Below are positions 13,360-27,900 of a stretch of DNA of 64,000 nucleotides, piece after piece. Made by a program: the position numbers and the translations under genes. Source of the DNA: Eledone cirrhosa (Eukaryota); contig OZ024745.1 of NCBI GenBank assembly GCA_964016885.1, positions 121,706,001-121,770,000 of the forward strand. Direction: 5' to 3'. The notes beneath the pieces were generated by a model. That model saw only the letters and a program-made list of their open reading frames with translations. It did not search any database and was not told the DNA's origin. Numbering within the stretch: position 1 is the stretch's first letter; every line of letters begins with the position of its first letter.

Positions 13360-13890
13360 CCTGGGACGATCTGATAAATTCCGACCTTACACACTTGCAC
13401 CTCTCTAAGACAATGTCACTGGACCGAGATCTTTGGCGCTACGCAGTAATACAAAAGACCCGCCTTGTCTATGTACAAAGCGAAACCTACAGTCAGTAGG
13501 CACCTCTTAACCAAATATACACCCCAATCCACTACCCCTACCCTATCCTCCCACCAACACCACCCTCTCTCTGTAAAGTTGGTACCACAACATCCAGTCC
13601 AAATAAATGATATAATGAGATTGAGATCGTGTAGGTGTAAAAAAAAAAAAAAAAAAAAACTACTCACAGTCCACGCTGTAATGTGGCCGTGTAGATAACA
13701 CGGTAAAAAGTTCCCACTCCACACTGTAAATGTGGTTGGTGTTAGGAAGGGCATCCAGCCGTAGAAAGCCTGCCAGACAGTCCTATACAAGCGAGACACG
13801 GTCACCCGACCAACCTTGCCTCAAGTGGCACAACTCCCGTCTAACCCATGCTAGCGTGGAAGATGGACGTTAAACAATGATGATGATGAC
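13360..13890 (+). mobile_element. RTE-clade LINE 3' end with (GAT)n tail
   Basis: TWDDLINSDL...DRDLWRY followed by the 3' UTR shared with copies at 35670 and 43940. Confidence 0.8.
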
Positions 13891-16800
13891 TGCATATGGC
13901 TCTTGGTTGACATGTACTCCACCTCTATCATATCCATCTCTTACATGTCCCTCTTTACACTTCTATTGCTGTTGCCAACTTTCAAACAGCAACCAACCAT
14001 GTAACTTCCTCTCACTCTCTCCCCCCCTCCTTCCATACCATCCCATCTCTGTCTCACCCACCACACTAATCATACATCACTTCTTAACCACAACTCTCTT
14101 ATTTTCACAAGGCAACCTCTCTGTTGGTGTCACTATAAAATATACTCAGTACACTCTGTAAAGTGGTTGGTATTTAGAAAGTAAGAGCATGGCATCCAGC
14201 TATAGACCCCCCCCCCCCCAAAAAAAAGGGTAGAGAGGACTTTTCAGTCAGGTCCAAAACACAACCTCTCTAATGCAGTGTCATAAAATAAAATGCACCC
14301 AGTACACTCTGTAAAGTGGTTTCCATAGAAACAATTTCAAAAAGGAGCATAAGACCTTCCCTTGACTCATCTAGAAGGACAATAGCTTTGATTGTATTGT
14401 AATAAAAACATTTGGTTTGAGTTGGGAAGGGAATCTGACTATAGAAGCCATGCTAAAACAGAATGTATGAGTTAGATGTGGTCACTTGTCTGGTCTAACA
14501 TGTGGGCATGCAAAAATAGACATTTAATCCTTTAGCATTTAAACTGGCCATATCCGGCCAGAATTCTCTCCCCTCTTTCTGTTCAAACCAGCTGTAACTG
14601 GCCACTCATACTGATGTTAAGGTCTTGTTTTCAAAGTAAATAATATCGTCAAAATCTCAGATTCGATGTGAATAATTATGTGAGATAAAGCCTTTACTGC
14701 GAAAATACAATAGTAGATATAGACTAATGTGAATTCTAAAGGGTTAACCCTTTAGAATTCAAATCAGCCATATCCAGCCAAAATATTCTCACCTCTTTCT
14801 TTTCAAACCTGCCACTCATACTTATGCTATGGTATTGTTCTCAAAATAAATAATATCAAAATCTCGTAGATTCAATATTATGTGAGATAATTATGAGATA
14901 AAGTGTTTACCATGAAAATATAGAGTAATGTAAATGCAGGTTGTTGTTGTTGATGACAACGATGATGATGATGATGATTGTGTGTGTGTCAGTCCCACCA
15001 CATCCCTGATTCTCCTTTCCTGATCAACCCATGCATACATGGAAAGCCAAACACATTCCACAATATACTTCCAAGTGCAACTCATTCTTTTCATGTGAGA
15101 TGACCCTCCCTCTCTTAACAAGCAACATGTAGCCAGGCGCTTGCTCTCTCATCTTACTCTTGCCAATGCCACCCCAGCTGGCCTAAGGACACAAGTACCC
15201 AAACGTCATAATGAGGTAACACTGGTGACATCATAAAACATACCCATTCTACCCGGTAAGGTGGTTGTGCTTGTACTACAACAAAAATCATCCACTCCAC
15301 CCTACAAGGTGATTGTACTGGTGTCACAAAAAAGTGCTCCCAGTACTCACTGTAATGTGATTGGCATTAGGAAGGGCATCCAACTGGAAAAAAACCAAAG
15401 CAAAACATGGACACCCGATCTATTTAGCCTCAGAATGTGACAACCTGTCTGATCCAAGCAAGGAAAATAAATGTTAAACAATGATGATTGGTCTGTAACA
15501 TCCTGTTAAATTTAACCCTTTAGTATTTAAACCAGCCATATCTGGCCAGGATTCTCTCAACTCTTTCTGTTCAAACCGGCTGTAAGCAGCCACTCATATT
15601 GATGTTAAGGTATTGTTCTCAAAATTGATAATATCAACATCTCATAAATATAGAATAATGTAAATGTTAAAGGGTTAAACCAGACAATGATGAGATGGAG
15701 AGATCCAAATAATGATTTTTAATTTAGGCACAAGACCAGCAATTTGTGGCAATTGGGGAAAGTTTATTATAGTGTACTTAATTGGTACTTTATTTTATAG
15801 TGTACTTAATTGGTACTTTATTTTATTGACCCTGAAAAGATTGAAAGGTAAAGCTGACTTCAGCAGGAATTGAACCCAGAACAAATACCACAAAGGAATT
15901 GTATTGAATGCTTTATCAATTCAGTCAATCCACCATCCAAATAATGATTTCTACTATAGGTATAAGGTCAGCAATTTTGTGGGAGGGGAAAGTCGATTAA
16001 ATCGATACCGCCAATCCACCCAAATAGTGAATGCTTGTTAATGATTCTATGATTATCTTCACTAAAAGCTGTGTGAAGTGGCTGGATGGTACATAGGAAT
16101 AAAATAGAAGAAACACTAACAAAGACAGTAGCTAATAATCTTGTCTGTTAGGGGCATTTACAGGTTGTATCTATGTATGTATGGCCCTGTAACTCCTGAT
16201 AGTCGTAGGGGCGCTGTATTGACACGTTTCTTGGGAATTTTAAGCTTGGCGGAGCCCATCTCTCTTCAAGTCTGTGTACAGCAGATTTCTTCCAGAGAAA
16301 GATAGAAAGTGAGAGAGAGGAAATGAGAAAGAGATATAGAGGAAGAATCAACTCCAGTGCTAAACTGATACTTTTTTTTTATCAACCTCGAAAGGATGAA
16401 AAGCAAAGTTGATCTCAGCGGGATTTGAACTCGGAGAGCAGAGAGCTGGAACGATAACTTAAAGCATTCTATCCGACGTTCTAACGACTCTGCTAATTCA
16501 CTGCCTATGTTTAAGGGTTAGTTTGAGTTAATATGTAGTATTTATGTATGTATACTTTATTAATTTAAATGAATGATTTACCATCACAATTTTATTTCAG
16601 AAATAATCCATAAGAAAATAGATTTATTTATGCAATTATTCTATGTATATTTAATAAATGTTGAGTCAAAGAAAAAAAGAAAAAAGTGTCATACCATCTT
16701 CTAATTAAATTAATTAAATCAGTTGATTAAAATAATGCCATAAGTAAAAACTCCATTTTTGTCAACACTAATTAGATCAGACAGAATTCAAATATCTTTC

Positions 16801-17029
16801 TGCCATTCTTGACAATAGTAATTAGTAATCAGATGAAATTTGTTCTTGTTCTCAAAAATAAGTTGAAAGTAAATTTAAGTTATTGCAGGAATCCTTTAAA
16901 TCCCTTTTTCTGGAAGAAAAAAAAATCAATTCATTATGGAAATCATATTCATGCATTGAATTTCAGTAAGAAACAACAGCTGCAAAAACTAATGAGCCTT
17001 GGAGCTGGTTGAAAAAGAGACAGAGAGCC

Positions 17030-18147
17030 AAATTGTGGCTGCTTAACAACAGAGATTTTTATAGAATTGAAGTCTCTAACAGGTGTAGATTGTGTGGAGA
17101 GCATATTGAGAATGTCTTGTATATAGTTGGAAGATGTAGTATGTTGGTCCAGAAAGAATATAAAAGAAGGCATGACAAATTCTATCTTAACTTCCATTGG
17201 TTACAATGTAGGATATATAGTATAGAAAATATAGAAAATACTGACAAATGGTATCAACAAAGCCCACACTGTAAAGTGGTCATGTAGGTGTCACAACAAA
17301 AAGCACCCAGTACTCACTGTAAATGAGGTTGGTGTTAGAAAGGCCATCCAGCTGTAGAAACCAAGCCAAAATCAGTTCTGTATCAGCAAGACATGGTTAC
17401 CGCCTGATCTAACATTGCCTACCACAGGACAACTCATTTAATCCATGCCAGCGTGAAAAATGGACGTAAAACGATGATGATGATGATGATGGTGATGATA
17501 AACCATTAGCAGTTATTGAAAACCCAAATTCTAAAATATTGCAAGATATGTGCAAATATGTGGACAGAGATATCGCACATCAAAGGCTTGGCAGTTGTTG
17601 CTGAACAAATAAATAAGTGCTTTGTTATTGATGTGGCATGTCGAGTTGATAATTTGAAGCTAAAATAAGTTGAAATTGCTGAATTGCAAAGGGAATTGGG
17701 TAGAATGCTGAGAAAGAGTGCATACAGTACACCCATAACTACATACAGTACACCCATAACTACATACAGTACACCCATAACAATAGGAGCCTTTGGTTCA
17801 ATACCAAAAGAAATTCACAGCTATTTGTGAAAATGCTTGGTATTGTGTATAAAATAAATACACTCCATTATTTAGTGCTTCAAGGGCGGTGGATTGGCAG
17901 TATCAGACACCATGCTTTGCAGCATAGAGTTTCGCCCCTTTATGATCTGAGTTCAAATCCCGCTGAGTTAGCTTTGCCTTTCATCCTTACGGGTTCGATA
18001 GAATAAAGCACCAGTAATGCACTGGGATCGATTTAATCGACTTTCCCCTCCCGCCAAATTACTGGTCTTGTGCCTATATTAGAAATCATTATTTAGTGCT
18101 TCAAGATACAGCTGATATCCTCCACAAAGTATTGTCAACTAACTGAT
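17030..18147 (+). mobile_element. Degenerate R4/Dong-like (RLE-type) non-LTR 3' region, interrupted by two SINE insertions
   Basis: CRLCGEHIENVxxIVGRCxxLxQKEYKRRHD zinc knuckle; IDVAC; PITIGAFGSIPK; ADILHKVL. Confidence 0.7.
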
Positions 18148-18579
18148 GAAACACAGGCTAGTCTTAAGCTGTTAATAGCCTGACGAGGAGTCATATTGAC
18201 TTGTTTAGTAAAATCTTAATTCCATGAAATTAAATATAATTTAGGGGAGGGAAAGTCAATTAAATCAACCCAGTGCATTACTGGTACTTTATTTCATCGA
18301 TCCCATAAGGATGAAAGTTAACCATAGCAGGATTTGAACTCAGAACGTAAAGGGCCATAACCCTACATTGCAAAGCATATTGTCTGACGCTCTACCAATA
18401 CTGCCAATCAACTGTGAAATTAAAAATATGATTTTGCCTTTCAGTCATAAAAATATGATTTTGCCTTTCAGTTGCTGTAGCAATTTATTTATTTATTTCC
18501 TTTATTATTATATTTATTTATTTTTCATTCTTTGTATCTGCTCCCCTTTTTCATTCAGAATTTTAGTTAGCAAATAATA

Positions 18580-18733
18580 CCGTATTTCCCGGTGCCGAAG
18601 AGGCTTCGTCCTCGAGGATGCACCCTAATTTTGAAAACCAAAAATTTGAAAAAAAATAACAAGCAGCCTTTGGCCTCCAGGACGCATTGGTAGATTTTTG
18701 AGACTTATAGGAAAAAAGTAGCGTCTTGGACGG
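18580..18733. mobile_element. pogo/Tc2-type MITE
   Basis: TA|CCGT...ACGG|TA termini. Confidence 0.5.
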
Positions 18734-19535
18734 TACTTCTTTTTCTATATAAACTGACATGATCTGCCACTGTAATTGAAAGGATATTAACTCTTTCCTT
18801 TAACACCTTCAGATGATTTAACAGAAAATAGAAGAAAGAAAAATGGAGGATGGGGAAGACCCCAAAACTCCCACATCATAATCATAACTTGCCACAGTTA
18901 AATTTATTTATCAACCAGTGGAAAATGTGAATAAAATTATTTTAACACTTAACGCTCTGTAATGGTTTAGCAGAAAATATCTAAAGATGGGTTTGTTAAT
19001 CCAAATATTTATAGTATCTTTACTAGTAGATAGATTGTTTTGAAAATTTGCAGTATTAAAGACTTTTTTAAATACTGTTTTTTAATACTATTTAAAGGTT
19101 TTAATTTGATGAAGTTATAGTGCAGTCTTGTACTTTCTAAGAATGTCTTGCTAATGCAAGAAATATTTTTCCAGGATTTCATTGCTCATAATTAAGGGTG
19201 AACATTATTGACAAGTGTATATTATACTTCAATAAAGAAGGTACTTGAAAGGACCCTGTGCTATCTATATATAAATTTCTGCAATTCTGTCACAATACTT
19301 AAAGAGAAAGTAGTAGTTTGACTACCTCGTACTCCTCCTCTCTCTTTATGTCTGCTGCCGGCGTGAATGTATGTGTGTGTAAAAGGGAGGAAGGGGATGG
19401 TGAAAAAACTACGTTGTGTGTGAGTGTATGTGTGTGTTTGTGTAATTGTATGTATGTGTGTTTGTGTGAATGTATGTGTGTCTGTGTTTGCGCATTTATA
19501 TTTATATACTCATACATATAAATGGGATTCATATG

Positions 19536-19970
19536 TGTAGCGAAATCTTTCCACGCCTTGAACCCTGGATAATAACTAAAAGTCAAATTCTAGGTCACCA
19601 TCCTTTTCGGCATGGACAGGTTCATGCGTGGGCGATCCCTCGAGGTGGGAGACAGAAAGCGACAAGTATAAAAAGCCTGTATCATCCCACGTCTGACACA
19701 CAGAGAGATCGGAGCAGTACGCTATAGTATAGCTATGTAAAGATTCACCTCTACCTACAGGCTGCGGAGGTCTACAGACAACCACAGACTCTCTCTGTCT
19801 CTCTCCTGGTCTCAGACTACACCAGCCTCATGAACCAACAACAAAATAACATTGTCAACCTTTGCGACTCGTGGTAAATTATTTGTTGTTCTGTTTGACT
19901 GAAGTGAAGTAAACCTTTTCATATATAAAGTAAATCAGCTACTCTTGTTATTTCATCTAACAACCACTAC
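19536..19970 (+). mobile_element. Possible solo LTR
   Basis: TGTAG start, CTAC end, internal TATAAAA; no clear TSD. Confidence 0.35.
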
Positions 19971-20122
19971 TAATATCCTTCTTTACATATGCACATACAC
20001 ACACACATATACACGCACACACACATGCACACATATACACATATCCATCAGCATATGGAAAAAAATTCTAGTTAGTAAAAAATACTAAGTTTCAATGGAG
20101 AATACTGTTAAACATTACTCAC

Positions 20123-20185
20123 CAGTTTTACTAGTTTTGATGTTTGCTGTGGACTTTGATGTTTGCTAGTATTCTCTTTTTCTTT
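20123..20185 (-). CDS. Probable tail exon: KEKENTSKHQSPQQTSKLVKL
   Basis: ctttctag acceptor, gtgagt donor, 63 nt, phase 0/0; no homology support. Confidence 0.55.
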
Positions 20186-21030
20186 CTAGAAAGATACAGA
20201 TAATCTCAGCCATTGACACAATGTCAAAAATTATATAAATCAATTTAAAACTTAACCTAAACAATTATAAGTGCCTCGGTGTTGCTAATTAGTAGCATTA
20301 GTACCACAATAAAAAACACCCAGCTCACCCTGTTTGGTACTAGTTGCAGTACCATAATAAAAAACACTCGGTACATGCAGTAAAGTGGTTGGTGGCATCC
20401 AGCTGTAAAAATCATGCCAGAATGGAATATATGAGTTAGTCAGAGGTTTTATCTTTTTTTCTCTCATTTCTTTCTTCTTGTTGATATTGTGTCTTTCTTC
20501 CTTGTTGTTGGATCTGCGATTGGTTGTGATTGCTATTAGGACTAAGTGTGATGGTTGGTGTTGTGTCGTGGCTGTGACTGTGTCAATATTTGTGTTCTCC
20601 TTTTATACTTTCCACAATATTTTGTTAAAAAGCGTTGTTCATAGCTACCACAACCAACCACAGACCAACAACAACAAAGAAAGACACAACACTAGCCAGC
20701 GCATGGCCCCACATTTGCTTATAATAGTAAGAGATAGGGAGAGTGGGAGAGATGAAGGCAGTAAGAGTTTGATTCCATTATGTTCAGACCTAATATATGT
20801 GAACTGAATAAGGAGATTTACAAAAACAATGGCTAGTTATTTAATGATAAAATAATTACATTGGTAATATGTATGGTGTTAATAATTGATGATTAATTAT
20901 TTCTAGTTATTTATATATGCATGTACCATTGTAACCTTATTGAAACAGACGTAGAAATTAAAGAATGAATATAAGTTGTTAAGCTTGGTTGTTTGTCCTA
21001 TTGAATATATGAATATAGTGTGTGTGTATA

Positions 21031-21066
<36 letters not shown>

Positions 21067-24000
21067 TAGAACTAGAGAAAAAATTCCAAACTTGGAAGCA
21101 GGACTAGAAAGAAAGGGTCTCAAAGTCAACCTGACAAAGACTAAGGTCCTTGTAAGTAGATGAGAAAACAGAACCCAGATCCCCTCAGGGAAATGGCCTT
21201 GTTCAGTATGTAGGAAAGGTGTAGGTAGGAACTCCATTCTCTGCTCCAAATGCAAACAATGGGTACACAAGACTGGGCTCTCAGGAAGCTTAACTAAGAA
21301 TGTAGGCTTCACATGCAGCAGCTGTGCTGGGACAGCAAGCAGCAAACAGCCACAGGAAACAAGTACTACCAATCTCTGGGAGGGCTCTGTAGAAACAGTA
21401 GACAGCTTCTGCTACCTAGGTGACCGAATTAGCAGCGGAGGTGGGTGTTCGGAAAGTACAATAACAAGAGTAAGAACGTGGTGGAAGAAGTTCAGGGAAC
21501 TACTGCCACTGCTAGCTGCAAAAGGCTTTTTCTTCAAAATGAAAGGCAGACTGTATGATGCGTGTATACGAACAGCAATGTTACATGGTAGTGAGACCTG
21601 GGCGCTGTCTGTAGAAGACTTGCATAGATTAGAAAGAAACGAAGCCTGCATGCTCCGATGGATGTGTAATAGTAATATACGCGAACGGCAAAGCATAAAC
21701 GAATTGAGAGAGAGACTGAGCATAAGAGGAATCAAATGCTGTGTGCAGGAGAGGCGGTTGTGTTGGTATGGACATGTAATGCGTATGAAGGATGACAGCT
21801 GCATAAAAAGGTGCAGAGCACTAGAAGTCGATGGAAACCGCGGAGTGGGGAGACCCAAGAAGACCTGGGATGAGGTTATAAAAGCCGACCTTACCCAATT
21901 ACACCTCTCAAAGGCGATGACACACAACTGTGACCTCTGGCGTCACACAGTAGTACAGAAGAAACAAGCCCCCACGGGTACAAGCCGAAGCTGAAGCATA
22001 TAGACAATATTCCCCCACACCCTCCCACTGCAAAATGGTCGTGGAGGTGCCACGGCAAAAAAGCACCCAGCCCACACTGTAAAGTGGACGTGTAGGCGCC
22101 ATGGAAAAAAGGCACTCAGCATTCACTGTAAATGAGGTTGGTGTTAGGAAAGGCATCCAGCTGTAGAAATCAAGCCAGAATCAGTTCCCGTATGAGCAAG
22201 GCATGGTCAGCCGACCGGCTACTGCCCACAACAGGACAACCCGTCTAACCCATGCTAGCGTGGAAGAACGGACGTAAAACGGTGATGGTGATATATATAC
22301 GAACACACACACGCGCGCATGTATACACACACATCCAATGGGAAGAAAATGAAAAAATATTTGTACTTACTCCAGATTCAACAAATTTTGACTTAGGTCT
22401 TCGTTCTGGAAGCTTTGGAGGATTGTTTTTTTGCTAAAAATACAAAATAAATATTTCTGAAAAGAGTCGAAAATGTTAACTGATCAATAAGATATGGTGG
22501 AAAATTCCTTTTGATCCACAACTATGACATCAATGTAGCATCTTCTGAGTTTATATAGTTGTATGCTAGCAGTATACAGTATACCCCTGGCATTTGCGGT
22601 CCTGACATTCGTGGAATTTTCCTTAGAACCTAAGTAATAATTGTTTATGGAAACCACCACATACTCGCAGAATGGTAAATATCTTCCGCAATTTATTTTA
22701 TGGCTTTTTTTGTGGCCATATATATATATTTTTAATGCTAAATTATTAATAACAATATACCATATTTGTTTCCCTATTAGATACCCCCTTTGCATATGAC
22801 ACACCTTTTTTTTTCATTATATTTTGATGTTTATAGGCATTTTTATGGACCATGCCCATTATTCACGGTTTTTCATTCTTCGCGGGTGCTCTAGGAATGT
22901 AATCCCTGTGAATACCGGTAGACAACTGTACATTGATTTATACACACAGTCTTGATATATACAAGACTGTGTATGTGGGGTGGAGGTATGTAAACATGTA
23001 AATATACCCTACAAAAAGAATCATAAAATGACTGAGAAAGTATGGAAAGGGGAAAGAGTCATCTTTCCACTAATCATATCAATATCTTTCAAATAAACTT
23101 GTGAGTATGGCATGGCTGAATGGTTAAGAAGTTCATTTCAGGGGTTTAATTGACAGTCGATTGACAAGATCCCAGATCTCATTTGCTTAACAAATGGGCT
23201 GGAGCTTGTCAAATCGGACCAAGGAAATGTTTCCATTGGTCTTTCCTATTGCTAATACTATCTGTTGGTCACAAATCCAGGCAGAAGGAGCAACGTGAAA
23301 TAAAGTGTCTTGCCTAAGGACATAATGCATTGCCCAGTCCAGGAATCAAAATCACAACCTCACAGTTGTGAATCCAATTCTCTAACCACTGAGTCACGTG
23401 CCTTCATGGGTTTAATCCCACTGCTTAATGTCTTGCATAAGTGTTATTTACCATAGCTTCGGGTGGATCTAAGCCCTGGGAGTGAATTTGAGTAAAGAGA
23501 AACTGTTTAGAAGCTCATCGGATGGACTCTGCTTATAATTGAAAGGGCCACCGTTGTCGCACTGAATCTCCCTGAGAATTACTTTATGGATACACGTGTC
23601 TGTGGAATGCTCAGCCTTTTGTATGTTAATGCCATGAGTAAGTTCTGTTGATCACATGACTGAAACACTCTTCAAAACTAATAGAGGTCCTTTCCATTTC
23701 AAATAAACTGAAGTCCAGCATTCAATTTCAATTCTAATTTCAAACCATCCTTCCGTTATGTCCGTTTTTTCATGTTTGCATGGGTTAGACAAATCTTTTC
23801 CAACACAACCTCCCTCCATTTACTGCATTCCTTAGTCATCTCCTTGGTCAGGTTCAGTGTTTTGAGACCCGTTCTTACCACCTCTTCCAAGATTTTCCTT
23901 AGTCCTCTACTGCAACTTCCTTCCTCTGGGAACGCTTGACACTTCTTCATCCAACAATCATCATTTATATGCCTCACGTTCTCCATACCAGCACAATCTT

Positions 24001-24962
24001 CTCTCTTGCACACTACATTTCTAACCCATGCTAGTGTGGAAAATGGATGTTAAACGAAGATGATGGTGATGATTTCATTCCTCTTATATGCAGTTTTTCT
24101 CCCAGCCCATTCATATTTTGCTGTTCATGCTTGCTTCATTACTCTCCAGCCTCCATATATCCTCTGCGTTGACTGCCCATTGTTTCACTTCCATGTAAAA
24201 TTGCACTTTGTAGAGAAGAACTTTTTGTAATCAACAATATTAGTAGTTCTCTGAACTTTTTCCAGCCTTTTCTTATTCTAGCTACTACAGGTAAAGTTCT
24301 GAATATTTCAGTATAACAACATTTTTTTCAATCCTAGAAGTAATAACAAACAAATGCTCAATTTGTTTCGGTCCCAGATTTGTTTAATCCCTTAACATTT
24401 ACATTATTGTATATTTATTAATGTATTTTTGTGGTAAAGGCTGTATCTCACATAATATCGAATCTATGAGATTTTGATATTATTTATTTTGAGAATACCA
24501 TAACATAAGTTTGAGTGACTGGTTATAACCAGTTTGAACAGAAAGAGGTGAGAGAATTCACTATTATACAAGATACAACCACCCAAACAGAGAGCTGCAA
24601 ATAATATTTAGGTATGGCACAAGACCATTTTAAACAATGGTACTGACTTATCGTGTTCTTTAGAGACCCGCAAAAGAAGACAGCCACATCACCGGCAAAG
24701 CAAATCTGGGATCTAAGAAAATGAAGGGATACACTACACAATTAAATGGAGTATCCTAGATGGATCCAGACGATACATCAAAGGAACTAAGAGGTGTTCA
24801 CTTTGCCTAAATGAGAACTTCTGAATAATAGAAAGATTTATAACTCCTAATACACTAAGAATGAAATATATAGAGGTTTCCCACACCTAAAATCCCATCT
24901 ACTATAAAGATGGAAAAAAATACAGGTCCTAACAGTCAACATAAACACTCAGCCAATATGTA

Positions 24963-24997
<35 letters not shown>

Positions 24998-27900
24998 CGT
25001 GGAGGCGCCACGGAAAAAAAGCACCCAGCCCTCACTGTAAGTGAGGTTGGTGTTAGGAAGAGCATCCAGCTGTAGAAATCAAGCCAGAATCAGTTCCTGT
25101 ATGAGCAAGGCATGGTCAGCCGACCAGACACTGCCCACAACAGGACAACCCGTCTAACCCATGGTAGCGTGGAAGAATGGACGTAAAACGGTGATGATGA
25201 TCATGATGATATATATATATAATGTATTGTTATACTTTGGGGGGGGGGGGATCATGCTGCCAATAAAAACACATGCACATGTTGGTTTTCACTTCAATTT
25301 ATTATAAATTTATGGTTGGTTGGTTCAATAACCGGATTGTTGTTTATATATTGTCAAAGCTCTTTCTGGAAATTTATAATAAAGTGAAAACCAACAGGTG
25401 CGTGTGTTTTTATTGGCAGCATGACCCTCCCAAAGTATAACAATATTTGTTTCAACACACCTTTTCAGATAAGAAATCTTGCAAAACAAATTAAAAAAAT
25501 GAAGTGTGTGTGTGTGTGTATATGTATATATACATATATAATGGAAAAATTTGAACAGGGACAAAACGGAGAGGCAGTACAATAAATGTTTATTAATTTC
25601 ACGCTCAGGAGAGTGGGGGGTAGGTGGGGGACGACGTTTCGGGCATAAGCCCTTCTTCTGGTGAGAAGTGTGTGGGAACAGAGTTCAAAAGGTGTGTAGG
25701 GGAGTGGTGGAGAGACATATAGTGAAAGGAAACGGTGCGAATGAAAAATATATATACATATACATATATACAAGGTGGGTCAGAAAAGTTCCAGGACTGA
25801 TGTCACAAAAGATTTATTTCAAACCCAAACTTCACACTAAGAGTTTTCTCCTTCAAAGTAATCCCCCTTGTGAAGGTGTGTGGCTGAGTCGTGAAGGCGT
25901 GTGGCTGAGTCGTGAAGGCGTGTGGCTGAGTCATGAAGGTGTGTGGCTGAGTGGTTAGAGAATTGATCTCTCAATCGTGAGGTTGTGAGTTTGATACCCC
26001 GACCGGGCAATGCGTTGTGTCCTTGAGCAAAACACTTTATTTCACGTTGCTCGTTCTACCTGGAGTTGCGACCGATAGAAAGTATTAGCAATTGGAAAGA
26101 CTAATGGAAACATTGTTTCCTCGGTTCGATTTGACAAAAGTCGATCGACTGTCGATATATATGTGCGTATGTATGTATTTGTATGTATTTGTGAGTTAGT
26201 ATGTGAGAGCATAAGTGTACTTACTTTTATCAATTCCAAATAACCAACATAGTCATAAAGAATGTCATCACAGGTTGAACATTCAAAATCCTGCAATAAG
26301 AATTTTGTCTTTTATTAGTATTATATATATAGATATATAGCGTCCAAAATGTTAGGACCCTCTTCCTGCTATTTCAAGCGTTAAACTAATATATTACTTA
26401 CATATACTGTATCGATTGTGTTGTTATTTCTTTTTATCTTTTACACACACACACTCATATATATATATATATATATATATATGAGGGTGCTTCAAAAAGT
26501 TTGTGGAAAAAGGTCAGCTGGCAAAAATGGTTTAAGTTATGATGCTTATTTTTCAACGTATGCTCCATCTAGGGCAATGCATTTCTCTGCAAGCGTTGAT
26601 ACCAGCCTTTAAGTCCATCTCTGTAAAACTGAGGGCCATCTGATTTTAACCATGTCAAAGCAGCTTTTTTTACATCTTCAACTGATGGAAAATGGGTACC
26701 TTTCATTTATTTTGTTTCAGGTTTGGAAACAAAAAGAAGGCTAAATCAGGACTGTAAGGTGGATATCAGATGATTTCCCATTGAAATTTGTGTAACACAG
26801 TTCGTGCCTGCCGAGTGCCGTGAGTGGGCACATTGTTGTGGTGGAAGAGAATACACCAATGCAGCTTCCTCAGGCGTTTCCCCACAATTTTCAGGGCCAG
26901 TTTTCTCAAAACACCTTCATAATATGCAGCTGTAATTGTTCTCTTGCTCTCAAGGAAGTCGACCAGCAAAATCCCCTCTACATCCTAGAAGACAGTCGCC
27001 ATGACCTCTCTTGAACACTCTGATTTTGCCTTGTCTGGCCCACTTCCACCTTTGGGCAGCCACTGCTTCAATTGAGTTTCTACTGGCAGAGCCACGTTTC
27101 ATCCCCTGTAACAATTCTCTGCAGAAAAGCTTCAGTCTTCATCCCACTTGTTCAAAGTTTCCATCGAAAGATGTGCCTTTGTTTGCTGCTGATCTGGGTG
27201 CAACAGCTTTGGGACCCATCAAGCGGAAAGCTTGCTCAGCCCCAAACTCTCCATCAGAATTGTGTGTGCAGAACCCACAGAGATGTTGAGTTTGTCGACT
27301 ACTGATTCAGTGGTTATTCGCCTATTGTTTTCAATTAGGTTGTGAACAGCATCAATGTTTTCCACACAGACTGACGTGGATGACCTGCCACTGTGGGGAT
27401 AATCTTCAACCTCATCTCTTCCACTTCTAAAACGACATCCATTTGCAGGTTGTTGATTTTTTTGGGGGCATTGTCCCTATAAACTTGCTTCAGAGTGTCA
27501 ATTATTTGGCTGCTCTTCCACCCTAGTTGCACCATGAATTTGATGTTTGTCCTGGCTTCAATTTCGATGGAGGACATGTTGCTTGAGTGGGTGCTGACTT
27601 CCAACTGGCACCGCCGCATTGCAACATGCATTTAAGGGTTCATGTTAGAACATGTTATGACAGTTGGTACAAGAACGTACAGCTGCATTGAGTTCAAAAT
27701 ACCTGCATATGATTTTTAGCTATGTACTTTTTCCACAAACTTTTTGAAACCCACTTGATATATATATATATATTATATATATATATATATATCATCATTA
27801 TCACCATTGTTTAATGTATAGGTTAGACAGGTTTCTCTCATTTACAGGCAAGTTGGGTCGGGTGACCGTGTCTAGCACAGTGAGTCTTGTTACTCTGGAG

